Shown here piece by piece: positions 1 through 14,327 of a DNA stretch of 64,000 nt. Positions within the stretch are counted from its first letter, which is position 1; each line of letters opens with the position of its first letter. Made by a program: the position numbers and the translations under genes. The DNA lies in NCBI GenBank assembly GCA_963693365.1, contig CAVNZM010000001.1, forward strand, positions 12,736,161 to 12,800,160, read 5' to 3'. The notes beneath the pieces were generated by a model. It saw nothing but the letters and a program-made list of their open reading frames with translations. It had not been told where the DNA came from and made no database searches. This DNA is from Amoebidium appalachense (taxonomy: Eukaryota > Protista > Ichthyosporea).

Positions 1-20
1 AACTAGTCCAACTGTTTACA

Positions 21-3000
21 CACAGTACACCGGAGTCGGGGCAAGCATGGGACAGCCGAGTTCCTTGAAGAGGTCACGGACCCAAGCAACTTCTTGGGTG
101 CCAGCATTGAGAGCAATCAGCTCAGCTTCAGTGGTGCTGGTGGCCGTGATGGGCTGGAGCTTGGAGTACCAGATGATGGGCATACCAGCAAACTCGATAA
201 TGTAGCCGGTGGTAGACTTCTTGCTGTCGGCACAACCAGCAAAGTCAGCATCCGTGTAGCATTCGAGTATGGGGGACTGGGTGGCCGAGTACTTGTAGTC
301 AATGCCAAGGTCAATGGTGCCGAGCAGGTACCGGGCCACACGACGGAGAAGGTCCCAGTGAGTCTTGCCGGGGTTGGTGCTGAACCGACCAAGGAAGCCG
401 ATGGCATAGGCAATGTCGGGACGTGTGCACCGGGCCACCCAGAGGAGACGGCCGAGTAACTCACGGTAGGGCACGGTGAACGGTTGGGGGGGGCAGTCAG
501 CCAGGGAGACGGTGGTGCCTGCAGGGATGGGGGTAGACTTGGACTTGGCATCATGGTGAGGTTGAAGTCGTGGATGATATCCATGATGTAAGACCTCTGG
601 TGCATGTGGAGGTGATGGGGATCAGAGTGATTAAAATCAACACCGAGCATACGGTCAAATGGACTCATACGACAGCTGGCCATCTTGCTGATGTGGGCAG
701 CCAGGTCACTGGCAGCAGTAGAACCCCGGGTGTTGGTGATGGTGGAGTCGTCGACGTAGTTACCAGCCCGAACCACATCGTTGTTGGGGAAGAACCGGAG
801 GTAGATGCACGGGTCGGTCTTAGTACGGGTCAGGCCATGGGCAAGAAGAATGCCGTCGAGGAAGTCGTACCAAGCCTTGGAGGCTTGCTTGAGGCCGTAC
901 AGGGCTTTCTTGAGTCTCCAGACCTTGCCAAGTGTGGCCATGGTGATGAATCCCGGGGGTTGTTTCATGTAGATGGTCTCGGTGAGTGGGCTGTTGAGAA
1001 AGGCCGTAGACACGTCGAGTTGATGGATGTCATGACCTTCAACAACGGCCAGAGCTAGGATGGCACGGAGAGCAGCCGGACGGATGACAGGGCTCTCAAT
1101 CAACTCATAGTCAACACCGTATTGCTGACTGAAGCCTTGAGCAACACCACGTGCCTTGATCTTGGTGTCACCAGCCGAGTTGAGAGTTTTCTCGGAGACA
1201 ATCCACTTGAAGCCGACGATGTTAGCACCAGGGGGAGGGTCAACAAGTTCAAAGATGTCTTTGTCGACGAAGGCTTGATACTCAGCAGTCAGGGCTGACT
1301 TGACCTGGTCACCATTGGGTCCGGAACACAGTTGACGGACAAGTTTGGGTAGTTGGTCGATGTTGATGGGGGGACCGGGGGGACTGGGAGGGTGGTGGTG
1401 GCTTGAAGTCCAACCTTGCCCTGTAGACGGGCAGAACGACGGGGTGCAGGAACCGGGGGAGGTGGAGACGGTGGGGGGGGAACTTGGAAGTTCGGAAGTG
1501 CAGGGGGGGCAACCTCCGGGCTGGACGGGGCCGAGTGGAAGTTGTCGGGGGTGCCGGGTCGGATGGGTGTGACGTTGCCAGGGGCAGGATGAGGGTCGGC
1601 AGGCTGGACGGGCACGGGGGCAGGGGGGCCGGTGGGGGGGGGTGTCGGGGGAACTACGATGGCAGGAGGGGGGCCAGAGTACACCAGACAAACATCATCT
1701 TCAGTGTCAACTGTGGGGGGTGGGGTGGTCGAGGTAGCAGTGGTGTCGGGGGTCGGAAGTGTTGATGGAATGTCGGACGGGAGATAAGCTGATTCGTCGA
1801 AAATCACATCACGGAAGAGGCCGACACGATGGGTGGTGGGATTGAAAATCCGGTGGCAGTGTGATTGAAGATCATAGCCGATATACATGCCGAGTTTGAC
1901 GGTGGGGGCCAGCTTGTTCCGTTTAGAGGCTGGCACGTGAGTGTAGGCAGGGCAACCGAACACTTTGAGCTCGGAGATGTCGGGCTTGACACCGTAGAAA
2001 ACCTCGAATGGTGTACGACCATTGGCAGTCGTGGACGGGGTGACGTTGATGATGTAGGCGGCATGTTGGAGGGCCTCAGCCCACAGTTTGGGGGACAGAG
2101 ACTGATCTTGGACTTGATGGAGGAGGCAACGGACAATCTCTTGGAGGAACCGCATACGACGTTCAACATAGCCGTTCAGTTGAGGGCAGTCCACCGGAGC
2201 ATAGCTGGCCTTGATGCCCTGGGAGAGGCAAAAAGCACGGGTAGCCTTGGAGGTGAACTCAGAGCGGGAGTCGAAGTGGTAGACACCAACTTTGGAGGGG
2301 GCATGGGTGGCAACGAGGTTGGTGTGAGCTGTGAGAATGTCCAGGGTGGTGGTACGGTCGGCCATCGGGTAGATCTTGACGAGTCCAGAGGCACGGCAGA
2401 CAGTGACGAGAGCAACCTTGGAACCTCCGTACGATGTTGTGGTAGGCTCAAAAAAATCCCAATGCCATTCATGACCGGGGATGTTGGAGTGAGGACAGTC
2501 ACCCTTGAACGGAGCCTTGGTGGTTTTACCCATAATGCAGCCATGACAATCAGGAACATCACAGTCGAGGACAGAGGAGGGGAGACCAATAACAAGGTCG
2601 TGTTTCACCATGTCCTTGATGCTGGTCATAGCACGGTGCCCCAGACGATGGTGCCAGATGGATGGGTTAACACTGGTGGTGGCAGCCAGAGCCACAGGAC
2701 GAGTGGGTGGTTGAATGGTGTAGTCCTTGAAGTAATACAGACCGTTGTGTAGACGGAGGTTGACGAGATGACGGCCGGTGAGTCGGTCGAAGAGGAATGA
2801 CGGAGTGGAGGCATCGTTCAAATCACCCTTGATGTATTCGGCAGCAGCTTGGGATGTTGAAATGAGGAAGGCTTGGCCAGACGGGGTGTAGTAGGCTTCA
2901 ATGGTAAGGGTGGCAGTGCCATGGTCGGTGGTGGTGTTGATGACGATATGGCCGGTGTGAGTGGCCAAGACGGGGGTGCCATTGAAGGCAGCAACGGGAG

Positions 3001-4201
3001 TCGGTGTCGGAAGGGGAGTGAGGTCATGGAAGAACTCACGGGTGGGGCAGACAGTCATGTTGCACCCGGAATCCCAGGCAGGGTCCGGGGACACGGGGAC
3101 GGAGCTAGCATTGTATGCCGAGAAAGCAAAGGAGACAGATTTCTCACTGCCTTGACGGGAACGGTTGTGTCTGGACATACGGCATTTCGGCTCAGGGCAA
3201 TCGATGATCGTGTGATCAGGCTCGTGGCAGTAGGAGCATTCTTTCACGGACGGGGTGTTAGAACGAGCCGGGGAATCAGAACGACGGGAACCCGAGAAAC
3301 GGGAACGACTGGGGGAACGAGACGTGGACCGGAAGGCAGGCCGGTGGGGGGAACGGGATCGGGTGTGCTGACGGGAGAGACGAGTTCGGAGGTCCGTACC
3401 AGGGGTACGGTCAAGTCGGTTGCGTAAGTCACGGCGAGGAAGATCACGGGGGGGAGCACTGGCATTTAATGCCATGCTGGACTTGGAGGCACGGTGGGCA
3501 CGGTTGCTCCGGAGTTGCATCTTGAGGTCTTGACGTAACTCGATGCCCTTGACGTGGTTGTGGAGGGACTCGAAGTCGGGGAATAGCTTATCACCGAAGT
3601 GATAGTCTTCGATAAGACGGTTGAACTCAGGGGTGAGGTCGTCTCTGGTGGTGAGTTCATTGAAGAACTTCTCAGCTAGACGAGTGAAGTGAATGGACTC
3701 ATCTTGGAGGGACTGGAGCTGGTTCACGATGGTCTGCAGACGGCTCAGGTAGGTGGTGAATGATTCACCGGGCTGAAGGGCACAGGCATCCCACTGACGG
3801 TGAAGGATGCGGATCTGATCGGGTTTGCCTTGGAGATAGTGTTGACGGAATTTCCACATGGCCCGTTCAGGGTCCATGCCAATACGGTACTGGGCAACGG
3901 TGGTGAGGACGGAAGGGTCGATGTTCTGTATCATATGGAGCAGGAGGCAATTGCGGGCCTCCTTGAGTTCCGCGGTAGTGCCGTAGCCAAAGAAGGGGGG
4001 TTCACCGTCAACCGCGACGGTGGTAGGGGGGACGTAGTTGTCAGCAAGTACAACATCCACGAGTCGGACACCTTTAGTGCCGGTCATCATGCCGAGAAAA
4101 ATGATTTCCCATTGAAAATAGGTGGTTTTGCTATCGGGACCAGTCTTCCCTTCACCTTTCCACATGGTTATTTTGTTGACGCCAGTTTTGTTTGGATCCA
4201 T
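21..4201 (-). pseudogene. Copia gag-pol polyprotein with two frameshifts (~1380 and ~553)
   Basis: ORFs 1289-4390, 117-1691 and 16-474. Motifs: Zn knuckle CSYCHEPDHTIIDC, protease WDSGC, WHHRLGH, integrase WHWDF...VERR, RT HQLDVSTAFLN / LKKALYGLKQA / YVDD, RNase H YTDADFAG. ATG at 4201. Confidence 0.95.
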
Positions 4202-4267
4202 GATTGAAAAAAAAACGAGCGCTAGTTCTAGATGTGTGTAGGGAGCGTGCAAAAGGGCTGCATAACC

Positions 4268-5202
4268 TGTTAAATTGTATAAGTAATTTGAGATGAAAGC
4301 AGAGACACAGTGGTGCAGTGTGAAAACACCACAGACACACACAACAACAAAACACGGAACGATCGGAGCAGTGTACACAACAGACATCAATGTTTAGACA
4401 CGACTAAACTCAATTTATTTTGATCTCGAATAAATACCTGAAATTCCCTTAAGTTAAATCCATACATGATTTCCGACCAGTCGGAAATCAGATCTATGTC
4501 TAAAATAACCAATCACAATTAACTGATTATTTCCCGGATAGATCCGGAGACACAGGAACGCACACCATAGGTCACAGCTATAAGAAAGAAATGAGGTGAA
4601 GAGTAACGAGGAAAGAGGTGATGTTTCTAACCTATCATCGGCTACAAAGACTCAGACATTTTCTGACTAAGTCCACTGATTGGATATAGTACGGCAACAC
4701 ACAAAACAAAAGTGGTTGACTAAGCTATGAATCATACCTGACAAGCTAAAGTGTAACCTAAGTGTTTTTCTACCAATCAAAACATAACGAGTAATATAAA
4801 TCTACTCAACGTATATTAGTGAGAGAGAAATATAATTATGTGAAAGGAAACAAGAGAAGAAAGAAAGAGAAAAGAAAGAAGAAGAAAGAGGAAAAAGAAA
4901 AGAAAGCAGGACAGAAAACACGAACATGAAAACACAGTTATAACCGAAGATATTCATGTACACATAACATGTACACGTTTCTCCCTCACTGGGTAGACTC
5001 GTGTACCTATAATCAGTTGCTGTAATCGATATCTAAACACACGAATATAGCCGACACAACACGATTACAAGTACTCAAATACACTGGAGATCGATGTCAT
5101 AATTTACGTACAAGGAGCACATCTCTTTCACTAAGTAAATGAATGAAAACATAACACGAACTGAGAAGATCTTACAATATGTGAATACTACGTATTACAA
5201 CA
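4268..5202 (-). repeat. 5' LTR of copia family 1 copy A (divergent LTR variant)
   Basis: TG...CA termini and an adjacent PBS. Homologous to LTRs at 37217, 43036, 45001 and 57000. Confidence 0.95.
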
Positions 5203-5470
5203 GTGCCTGTGTGTGTGAGTTTGTGTGTGTGTGTGTAGTGTGCCGGCCACTGTGTGCTGAGCCTGGGGGGAGGGAGAGGGGGCAAGAGAAAGCGAAGGGG
5301 TCGGGACGGGGTGGTTGAAGGATGGGGTTGTGCCGGAAACTTTCTGATAAACGGTTTTCAGATAACCTGTACGAGTGTTCGCATAGAAAGCTTGTCACAG
5401 TGCTTGCTATGTGCATCTATTCCCCTGAAACTGCCGGACACGACCATACTAGGACAAGCCGGGCGTGTGT

Positions 5471-5512
<42 letters not shown>

Positions 5513-5597
5513 GGGGTGGACATCACCACGTATGTTGAACTTGCAAACTGCAAGCTCTCTATACCGGTACCGTAGATCCTCTTAGTAGTGTCTGTGT

Positions 5598-5598
<1 letters not shown>

Positions 5599-5653
<55 letters not shown>

Positions 5654-5654
5654 G

Positions 5655-5710
<56 letters not shown>
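5599..5710. repeat. (CT)n microsatellite
   Basis: Directly visible. Similar CT/poly-C arrays at 7355-7925 and 17464-17630. Confidence 0.95.
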
Positions 5711-5714
<4 letters not shown>

Positions 5715-6667
5715 TCTATCTATCTATCTATCTCTCTTCTCCTCCCTTTCGAGTCTCTATATCATCGTCTCCTTTCTGTCTTCTCTCGTTTTCTCTCTCT
5801 GTGGGGTTGGGGCCCCGGGGGGGGGGGGGGGGGGGAGGGGGGGGGCAGCTAGTAATAGGGATAGAGAGCCTTGCGGACGAGCAGCTGGCTGCTGCACATT
5901 CAAACATAACATGTTTAGGGGAGTGGAACTGTTCAAGTTGGACTGGTTGAAGGGGAAGGGAGAGAGCGGGGGGAGGGGGAGGAGGAGGGGGGGGGGGGGG
6001 TTGCTGGGGGTCCCGAGATCTCAAGAGGAGATGCACAGTGTTGAAGTCTATGTATTGCATGTTACCGTTTACTGGTTTCATCGGAGCACAAGCGTGTTTG
6101 TGTGCGTACAGTGCAAGGCGGGAAAGCGGACGGTGCCGGTGTAAGGAAAAGGGAGAGGCTGGTAATAGAAAAGACTCCTAAAAATCACAGTGCTGGAAAA
6201 GTGCTTCCTCTTAGGGGACGTAAGGATTCCGCAGGGATGAGGGGGGGGGGGGGGGGGGGTACAGGAAAGCAGGCTCTGCAGCCCCAGCCTCCTTGGTCAC
6301 TATTGTGGCCTCCTGCGTTATCAGCAAAGGCGTTTCTGTCCTCCTTTCTATTTTCCGTTGAACATAAAGCCTACGGCTTGTGTCAAGAAACGAACCAAGC
6401 TCGTTTTGCTTTAGCCCCTCCACCCAAGTTGCCAAAACCGTGAGGGGCAAAAAAAAAAAAAAAAAAAAAGTTTAGCAAGGTTATCCAAGCATTCAGCCTG
6501 TGTAGTTTTAAGTTAGCCAAACCTGGCACTGCGGTACGGTGACGAAAATTTGACCCGTGAGAAGGTAGCTGTGCCTTTGTCGTGCTCGAGATCTCTGGGC
6601 AAACACAAACTACCCCCCCCCCCCCCCCCCCCCCCCCCGCCGGGCCCATATGGCCATATGCCCCCCC

Positions 6668-6698
<31 letters not shown>

Positions 6699-7351
6699 CT
6701 CTCCACCCGGCTTGTTTTGTTACATCCTTAGGCTTCACATACAGAAAATGCAGGAGCAAAGCACGTAACTTAGACCGTTAACAAAAAGATGGGGAACGGT
6801 AGGGGTAATGATCATGATATCCTCCGGGTACTACGCGGGTATATCATCGGCGTATGTAGGGCCGCCACGCGCTGTGAATGATCCGCCGCCCGCAAAAGAT
6901 CCTTCGTCCGCCAAAAGTCGGTGACGTCACCATTCGCCGATGCAGGGAAGCGAACTTTTTCAACCGTCACGCTCGACTCGGTCCCGCCGCGCGACCTTGA
7001 CAACTTATGCGCACCGTGACGTCATTGGCCCGATGACGTCAACAGCCTGGCGGTGGGCCAGTTGGCCCGATACGTGAGAGGGCCGTGCCTGATATCGCCG
7101 ATCGTGTTTGTACCGTGTGTGCAGTAGTGTGCACTGAAAAAGTTCAAACATCCCGAGTCTGTACACGGATGGAGACCGAGTAGCCATACATAAGTCTCTC
7201 TTAGGGTTTCATGAGGGGTTGTGGGCAAAGATGACCAAGCCAAAGGTGCAGCCTGCAGCCTCAAAGCTCAAGGCATCGCTCAAGGGTGGGCACATACCTT
7301 CCCTGTATGAAGTTACCCAAGTCACACGGATTCCCCCACCTACCAATTGGC

Positions 7352-7386
<35 letters not shown>

Positions 7387-7583
7387 GTCTCCCCCCCCCC
7401 CCCCTCCCCCCCCTCCCCCCTCTCCCCGCCTCTCTCCCGGTCGGGGCCCGAGGCTCTCCCTCTCCGCCCTCTCTCCCCCCCCCCCCCCCCACCCCCCCCC
7501 CCCTTCTCCCCCCCCCCCCCCCCTCTCCTCTCTCCCGGGTATGCTTTCTCTTTCATTCACACAATTTCAAGCACGCACACACT

Positions 7584-7640
<57 letters not shown>

Positions 7641-7861
7641 TCCCTCCCCTCCCTCCCTCCCTCCCTCCCTCCCTCCCTCCCTCCCCCCCCCCTCTCACCC
7701 GCCCTCCCCCCCCCCCCCCCCCCCCCCTCCCTCCCCCCCTCCCTTCCACCCTCCCTCCCTCCCTCCTTCCCTCCCTCCCTCTCTCTCCCTCTAGCCCCCC
7801 CCCCCCCCTCTCCCCCCTCCCCCTTTCCCTCTCTCCCTCTCTCCCTCTCTCTCGCTCTCTC

Positions 7862-7898
<37 letters not shown>

Positions 7899-8211
7899 CC
7901 CCCCTCTCTCTCTCTCGCTCTCTGTCCCTCCCTTGCTCTTCCCCTCCCCCTCCCACCTCTGTCTCTTTCACTCTCCACCACCTCACCGTTGCCGTCGTTC
8001 TTCTGTCTTTCCCTTTATCTCACGCTTATCACCTTCCTCCCCCCTCCACCCACCCTTCTTCCTCTAAGCCTCTCTCTATCGCTGTTCCCCTCCCCTCCCC
8101 TACCCCCTTCTCCTCTTCCCTCATAGCTCCCCAAGGCTTTGAGTCTTTGCATTCCCTTCTTGGCCTTGCCTTTTGCATTGTTAATACTGATTGTTGCGTT
8201 CTTCGGGGTCT

Positions 8212-8250
<39 letters not shown>

Positions 8251-9650
8251 CCTCCGATGGGCCACGCTTATATAATGTTTATTCTTACTTATGCTCTGCA
8301 AATCTTCATTTGTGTTGTCGGTCGTGAGTAATTTCTTCGTTCTCTTAAACACGCCCCCTCCCCCCTCCCTGCCCGTCCCCCTCTCCCCTTCACCCCCCCC
8401 CCCCCCCCCCCTCCGCGTGTTTTTACCTGAGTCACTAGGATCACTCCTTCTCCCTCCCTCTCCTCTCTGGGGGCCCCCCGCCCGCGCCCCCTTCGCCACG
8501 CTTCCCCCTCCCCCCCCCCCCCCCCCTCCCCCCCCTCCCCCCCTTCCTTCGTCACCTTGCACTGTTCTTCACACGAGCGGTGCCAGGCCATTGTGGACGT
8601 GGAAGTCATGGTGGCCACCGTGTGTGTGTGTGTGGTGTGTGCTGATGGGTGGGTGCTTGGTACAGGCACCAAGAAGAAGAAGAAAATGCCGGCCCCAAAC
8701 AAACCCGCTGCGCCTGTGCGCAAGACAGGCCCCACCTTCAGGTGTGCTCTCTCTGTCCTGTGTGTGCGCTTGTGTTGTAGCTGTCTTGGCTTCATACCCT
8801 AAACCCTGTCTGTGGATATGCACCTCTCTCATGAAACCCTGTTATCCACCCACACACCGTTGTTGTTTTGATTTTCACTTTCACCCACACATGCACATAC
8901 AATGTCGTCTTGTCTTTATGTCATGCTTTGTCTCCTGGTTCTTGCCTGTGGTTTCTTGTTTCTTCCGTGTTCGTCGTTGCTTTTCTCGATTTCTTGGAAG
9001 CCCCCCGGGGGGGGGGGGGGGGGGTGGAGGGGGGTTAGGGAAGGGAGGGGGGGGGGGGGCTGGAGGAGGAAGTGGAGCACGATAAGTAGGAACAGTGGCT
9101 GATATATAAGAATAAAGGGGGCGAGATAACGACACACTATGTACGTCCTACGTGTCTTGCCCACATACGTTCACATGCCAAGCAACTCAGCCCCCATCCC
9201 CTCCTCCCCTCCCCCCTCCCCCTGCACGGCTCCCCTTCTCTCTGCCACTGCCACCCCAGGTTTCTCCGGTATGGTGTGGTGCACACATACACACATGCAC
9301 ACAAGCATACACCCTCTCATCAACAACAATGTGTATACAAAACACGCAAAGGTAGACGCAGACGGACTCTTGCACACGTGTGCACGTGCACACACAAAAA
9401 CACACCCACTCATATGCACTTGCACACACGCTAAACCGCATACGCACTTGCTTGCTCAATCACATTTCAGCATGTCTGTGATTACACACACACAAATACA
9501 CACACACACACAGACTCACACACACTAATCCCCCATCCTTCCCTTCCAACACACACCCACACCCACACCCACACCGACACCCACACACACAAACACCCAC
9601 ACATGCACACATGCACATTCACTCTCTCCATTTGTCTGCATAAACGCACG

Positions 9651-9737
<87 letters not shown>

Positions 9738-9847
9738 CATGTCGTCCCTTCCACAGCAGCAGAAGAAAGATGACCCCCCCACCCCTGCATCCCCCACACC
9801 AGCCCAGGGAGACCCCCAGCCCCAGCGACCAGTGCAGCAACCAGGTC

Positions 9848-9878
<31 letters not shown>

Positions 9879-10696
9879 AAAAAAAAAAGTTTCAGTGCAT
9901 AGTCTGTTCTTGGTGTTGTGCTGTGATGTTGCGTCCTATCTGCATGCACAGGCACGAAGATGGCAAGTGCTTGCTTAGGAGGGGAGAGGCAATCAATGTG
10001 AGGGAGGCTTGAGGGCTGATGTATATGCCTTTTAATGCATAGGTGGCCTAGGGCACCTGCTGAGTGACCGGCATCAATGCGCACATGTAACTCTATGTGT
10101 CTGCTTCGACCACCGCAAATGTGTGGTTCTGGTGGGGCAGTGTGAGCATATGTGCAGGAAACCTGTAGTGGAAGCACACGGCTAATGGGGCAGGCAGGTG
10201 GGCCAACAGGTAGTGGCGACGGTGGCCAGGCAGGGACCCCCGGCACTGCTCCAGCCCACCAGGCACGTGCATGCCTTTCTGTGACCTCTCCGTGTGCCTG
10301 TGGCAAACCCCCCCCCCCCCCCCCCCCCCCAAACACACCCCTCCCCAGCCCCCCCCCCCACCCCCCATCCCCCCCCCCCCCCCCCCCCCCACAGGGGCTT
10401 AGCTCTGCCTACTATGCATACTCTTTATGTGTGGTGTGCACTCTACAATGTGTTGTCCGTTGTCAGTGTACTTCGTACTTTATAGCGCCATTCAACCCCC
10501 CCCCCCCCCCCCCCCCCCCGGCACCCCCCGGACACCCGCCCCTCACTCGATGCCACACAACACCCTGCTGCATAGCAGACACACAATACTAGTCATGTGT
10601 GTGTGCACTCTTGGCTATTTCACCCGACTGGCATGTACACATGTCCACCCACCTGCTATGTGCCCTCTGCTAACGTGTGCCCTTCCGTGCACACAG

Positions 10697-11398
10697 CAAG
10701 CCCCGGCACCCACCCGGCCAGCCAGCCCCACGCACGTGCCGACATTGGACACCGAGGGGGGACCATTGCCTTCCATCAGCTGTGTGCTGGACGTTGAGGC
10801 CCCCCCACCACAGCACCATGGGAGCATAGCAGCTATGATGCATGTGGCGGGGGACAGGGCATACCCGCACCCCCTGACCGTGCACTATGTGGAGAGCGTG
10901 CTGAGAGACCAGCTGCTGATGCTGGTGGGTGGCCCAATAGGGAAAGTGTGTGTGTTTTATTGGTGTCTAATCCAATATTAGTTTTGCAAATGATTGGAAA
11001 GGAGAGAGAGAGGACCCAGGCTCGATAGGCTCGTGTGTAGGTGGCCAGTAGGTGGGTTGATCACAGACTGGTGTCCATGGGGAATGATGGAATAGTTGGT
11101 GTCGTGTCTGTTTATGTTGCATTGATAGTCAGTCGGCAGAGGTGCCGTCGAAGCATCAGCCCATGGTGCAACATGCAGCTAACAAACACTCACATCGTGC
11201 TGGGGGGGTTGTGGGCCTTACATTTTGGAGAGTACCTGCGTGGCGGGGACAAGGAGGTGGGGTGTGTGTTTGTGTGTTTGGGGAGGGAGTGGGGAGGCAC
11301 CGCGGAGATCTCTGCACACACACCAACACATGTTCAACCACACATATCTAGGAATGATTAAGTACGAATGGCTTGGAGATCTAGCACATCCGTGTGCA

Positions 11399-11430
<32 letters not shown>

Positions 11431-11963
11431 GGCGTGGGCGTGGGCGTGGGCGTGGGCGTGGGCGTGGGCGTGGGTGTGGGCGTGGGCGTGGGCGTGGGCG
11501 TGTGCGTGTGCGTGTGTGTGTGTGCTCTCACGCGCACACGTGACTGTGTGTGTCAAAGCACACACACAAACGCGATATTATGAACGGCAAACCAGGTGTG
11601 TGTGCGTATTTACGGTCGCACGCACTTGCATGCATGCACACATTGTAGCTTTGTTGTGCCAGTGACACCCACTCTCCGGATCCCGTCATGGGGCCTGACA
11701 CATGCATGCTTTCATAGGCTTAGGGTACCTTTGTGTCCGGCACACTGACCCATTGCTATGGTGTGTGGCGCAGTATCTGCTAGCCGTGGACAGCATGCGC
11801 CAGCGCCGGGGCAAAATGCTGAATCTGGAAGACCTGCTGGTGCCTGTGCGCAGAAACACGGTGCGAATCTTATGTGGTGGTGATGGTGGTGTGTGTGCCC
11901 GGGGCGGGTGGGGGGGGGGGGCTCCATACCATTGTTGCTTGTTTCTGTGCTTTTATGGTGTGT

Positions 11964-11994
<31 letters not shown>

Positions 11995-12387
11995 GGGGAG
12001 GGGGGAGGGGGGGGGGGGGGGTTGGCTGGTTTTTCCATACCATGGTTTCTTTTCTTTTCTTTTTTCTTTTTTTTTTCCTTGGTGGTGATGGTGGTGTGGG
12101 TGTCTGGGTTGGGTGTGGGGGGGGCGGGTGGGGGTTGTGTGTGTGTGTGTGTGGGGGGGAGGGGGGGGGGGGGGGGGGGGGAGGCTTAGGCAACAGGAGT
12201 CAGGGCCTGTGGTGTTGCTGCTGACTGAGCACATTGCAGGGGCTCATGGCACGGCTGACGGCCTACCTCAATGTGGCTAATGTGCGCCCTCTGTGGGACG
12301 ACACCCACCACCCACACACCCACGGTACTTGTTACTCCCCCCCTCCCCCCCTTTTTCACCACCACCACCACCAACACACACACGCCC

Positions 12388-12459
<72 letters not shown>

Positions 12460-12523
12460 GTGGCACACGCACACGCACACACACACACACAGTGGCGCAC
12501 ACACACACACACACACACCGTGG

Positions 12524-12593
<70 letters not shown>

Positions 12594-12642
12594 GTGGCAC
12601 ACACACACACACAGTGGCACACACACACACACACACACCGTG

Positions 12643-12706
<64 letters not shown>

Positions 12707-13507
12707 CAATACACATCCCGTAAGCTTTAGAGGAAATGCATAGGGCTGGAATCTGGTACATACACGCCAGCATGCTCGGGTTGGCATGGGCTACTAGAGT
12801 GAGCCCCGCCCTCCCCGTCCCCCCTCCCCTCCCCCCCCCCCCCCCCCCCCTCCCCCGCCTCCCCCGGTGTTTCACACATACACACCTCCCCGCTACAGCA
12901 CACACCCCTTTTGCCTACGTGGAAACACATGTGGCATGCACGTGGCTGACCAATGGCAGCAGGGCCCATTGGTGATGACGACCTAGTGCCGCTAGATCTG
13001 CCCACAGGCCCTACAGACATGGGCCCATACCGCCGCAGGGTCTGTGGCTGGGACTTGGTGCGCGCCCATGCAGACGTGCTGCCAGGTAATCCCCCTCCTC
13101 CCCTCCCCCCCCCCCCCTTCCCCCCCCCCGTCCCCTTCCCCACCTCCCCCTTCCCCGCCGGCCCTGCCCCACCACCATCATCACCACCACCACCACCACC
13201 ACACACACACACACACACCACACGCCAAAACCCCCACGGGGCACAGGTGAAGGTGTGGTGACTTCACGGAATCAAACCTTGCTAAGCACATGCAGCCAAA
13301 GAATTGGATGCAGCACACATCCCTCCGTGACAGTTGTGTTTCCCCACCCAATCTCCTCGTTCTGCCGGTGAACCTGTGGCTGCTTGGGGGGTATGGGGGC
13401 TCTGACTTGTTGGTGGGGGCAGACATGGGCATCGACAGCCTCAGACCACACGACCCAGACAGGATGCAGCGCATGCAGGTAAGCCCAGGGCCTGCTTTGG
13501 TGGTGGT

Positions 13508-13541
<34 letters not shown>

Positions 13542-13957
13542 GTGGGGGAGGTGGGGGGCTGCTTGTCGTGCCGGAGGTGGGGGGGGGATTGGGGAAGGCG
13601 ACCGGCTACTGTGGGAGCTGTGGGGGGAGAGGGTGAACCCACTGCCACGTGTGTGTGTGTGTGTATGTGTGGGAGGGGGGGAGGGAATGCTTGCGGTTGG
13701 GGCAGGGAAAGAGGGAGAGGGGAAGGGGGACTGCCTTCCTTTGGGGGGAGGAAAGGGGGGAGGGAGGGAGGGGGAGGGGACTGACAGAGGGGCAGATGGC
13801 AGAGCTGCGCACCCGAGACATGGGCCTGGAGGGGTATCTGCACTACAGCCAGTGCTGGGACAGGAACCTGCCTGCTGCGGTGTGTGGGTGTGTGGGTGTG
13901 TGGGTGTGGTGTATGTGTGGTTCACGCTTGTGTGTGTTCATGTGTCTCTGTGCGTGT

Positions 13958-14004
<47 letters not shown>

Positions 14005-14291
14005 AGGGTGTTTGCTTGATCGTGTTTCGTGTTTGTGTGGTACGGGGAAGCACGGAAATGTGTTTGCGTTCCGAAAGCTCATACAGGCAGGCATGTTATG
14101 TATGGTTGCTGAGGCCACTGTCAGTGGCCGTACCAAACAACCTGCCACATGCCATTGATCTCCTGTGCCGGCCTATGTGCTATGTGGTGCGGGGTAGGTG
14201 GCTGTGCATGCATGTGTGTGCATGTGCCTTGTTGCGATGAAGGGAACGTGGGGCATTGCCGTGCACTCCGTCGGCTGGTTTCAATTCATCG

Positions 14292-14327
<36 letters not shown>

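Larger units (their letters stand above)
21..5202 (-). mobile_element. Ty1/copia LTR retrotransposon, family 1, copy A (5' LTR to mid-RNase H, interrupted at ~20)
   Basis: 5' LTR at 4268-5202 (TGTTG...AACA on the minus strand), then PBS GGTTATGCAGCCC. Domain order gag-PR-IN-RT-RH is the copia order. Internal sequence is near-identical to 38142-42393. Confidence 0.97.

Noticed and set aside
1865-2752. Long antisense ORFs over copia pol (also 35866-36780, 39655-40542, 52595-53305)
   Set aside because: Shadow frames produced by C-ending codon bias. Their recurrence only reflects near-identical copies.
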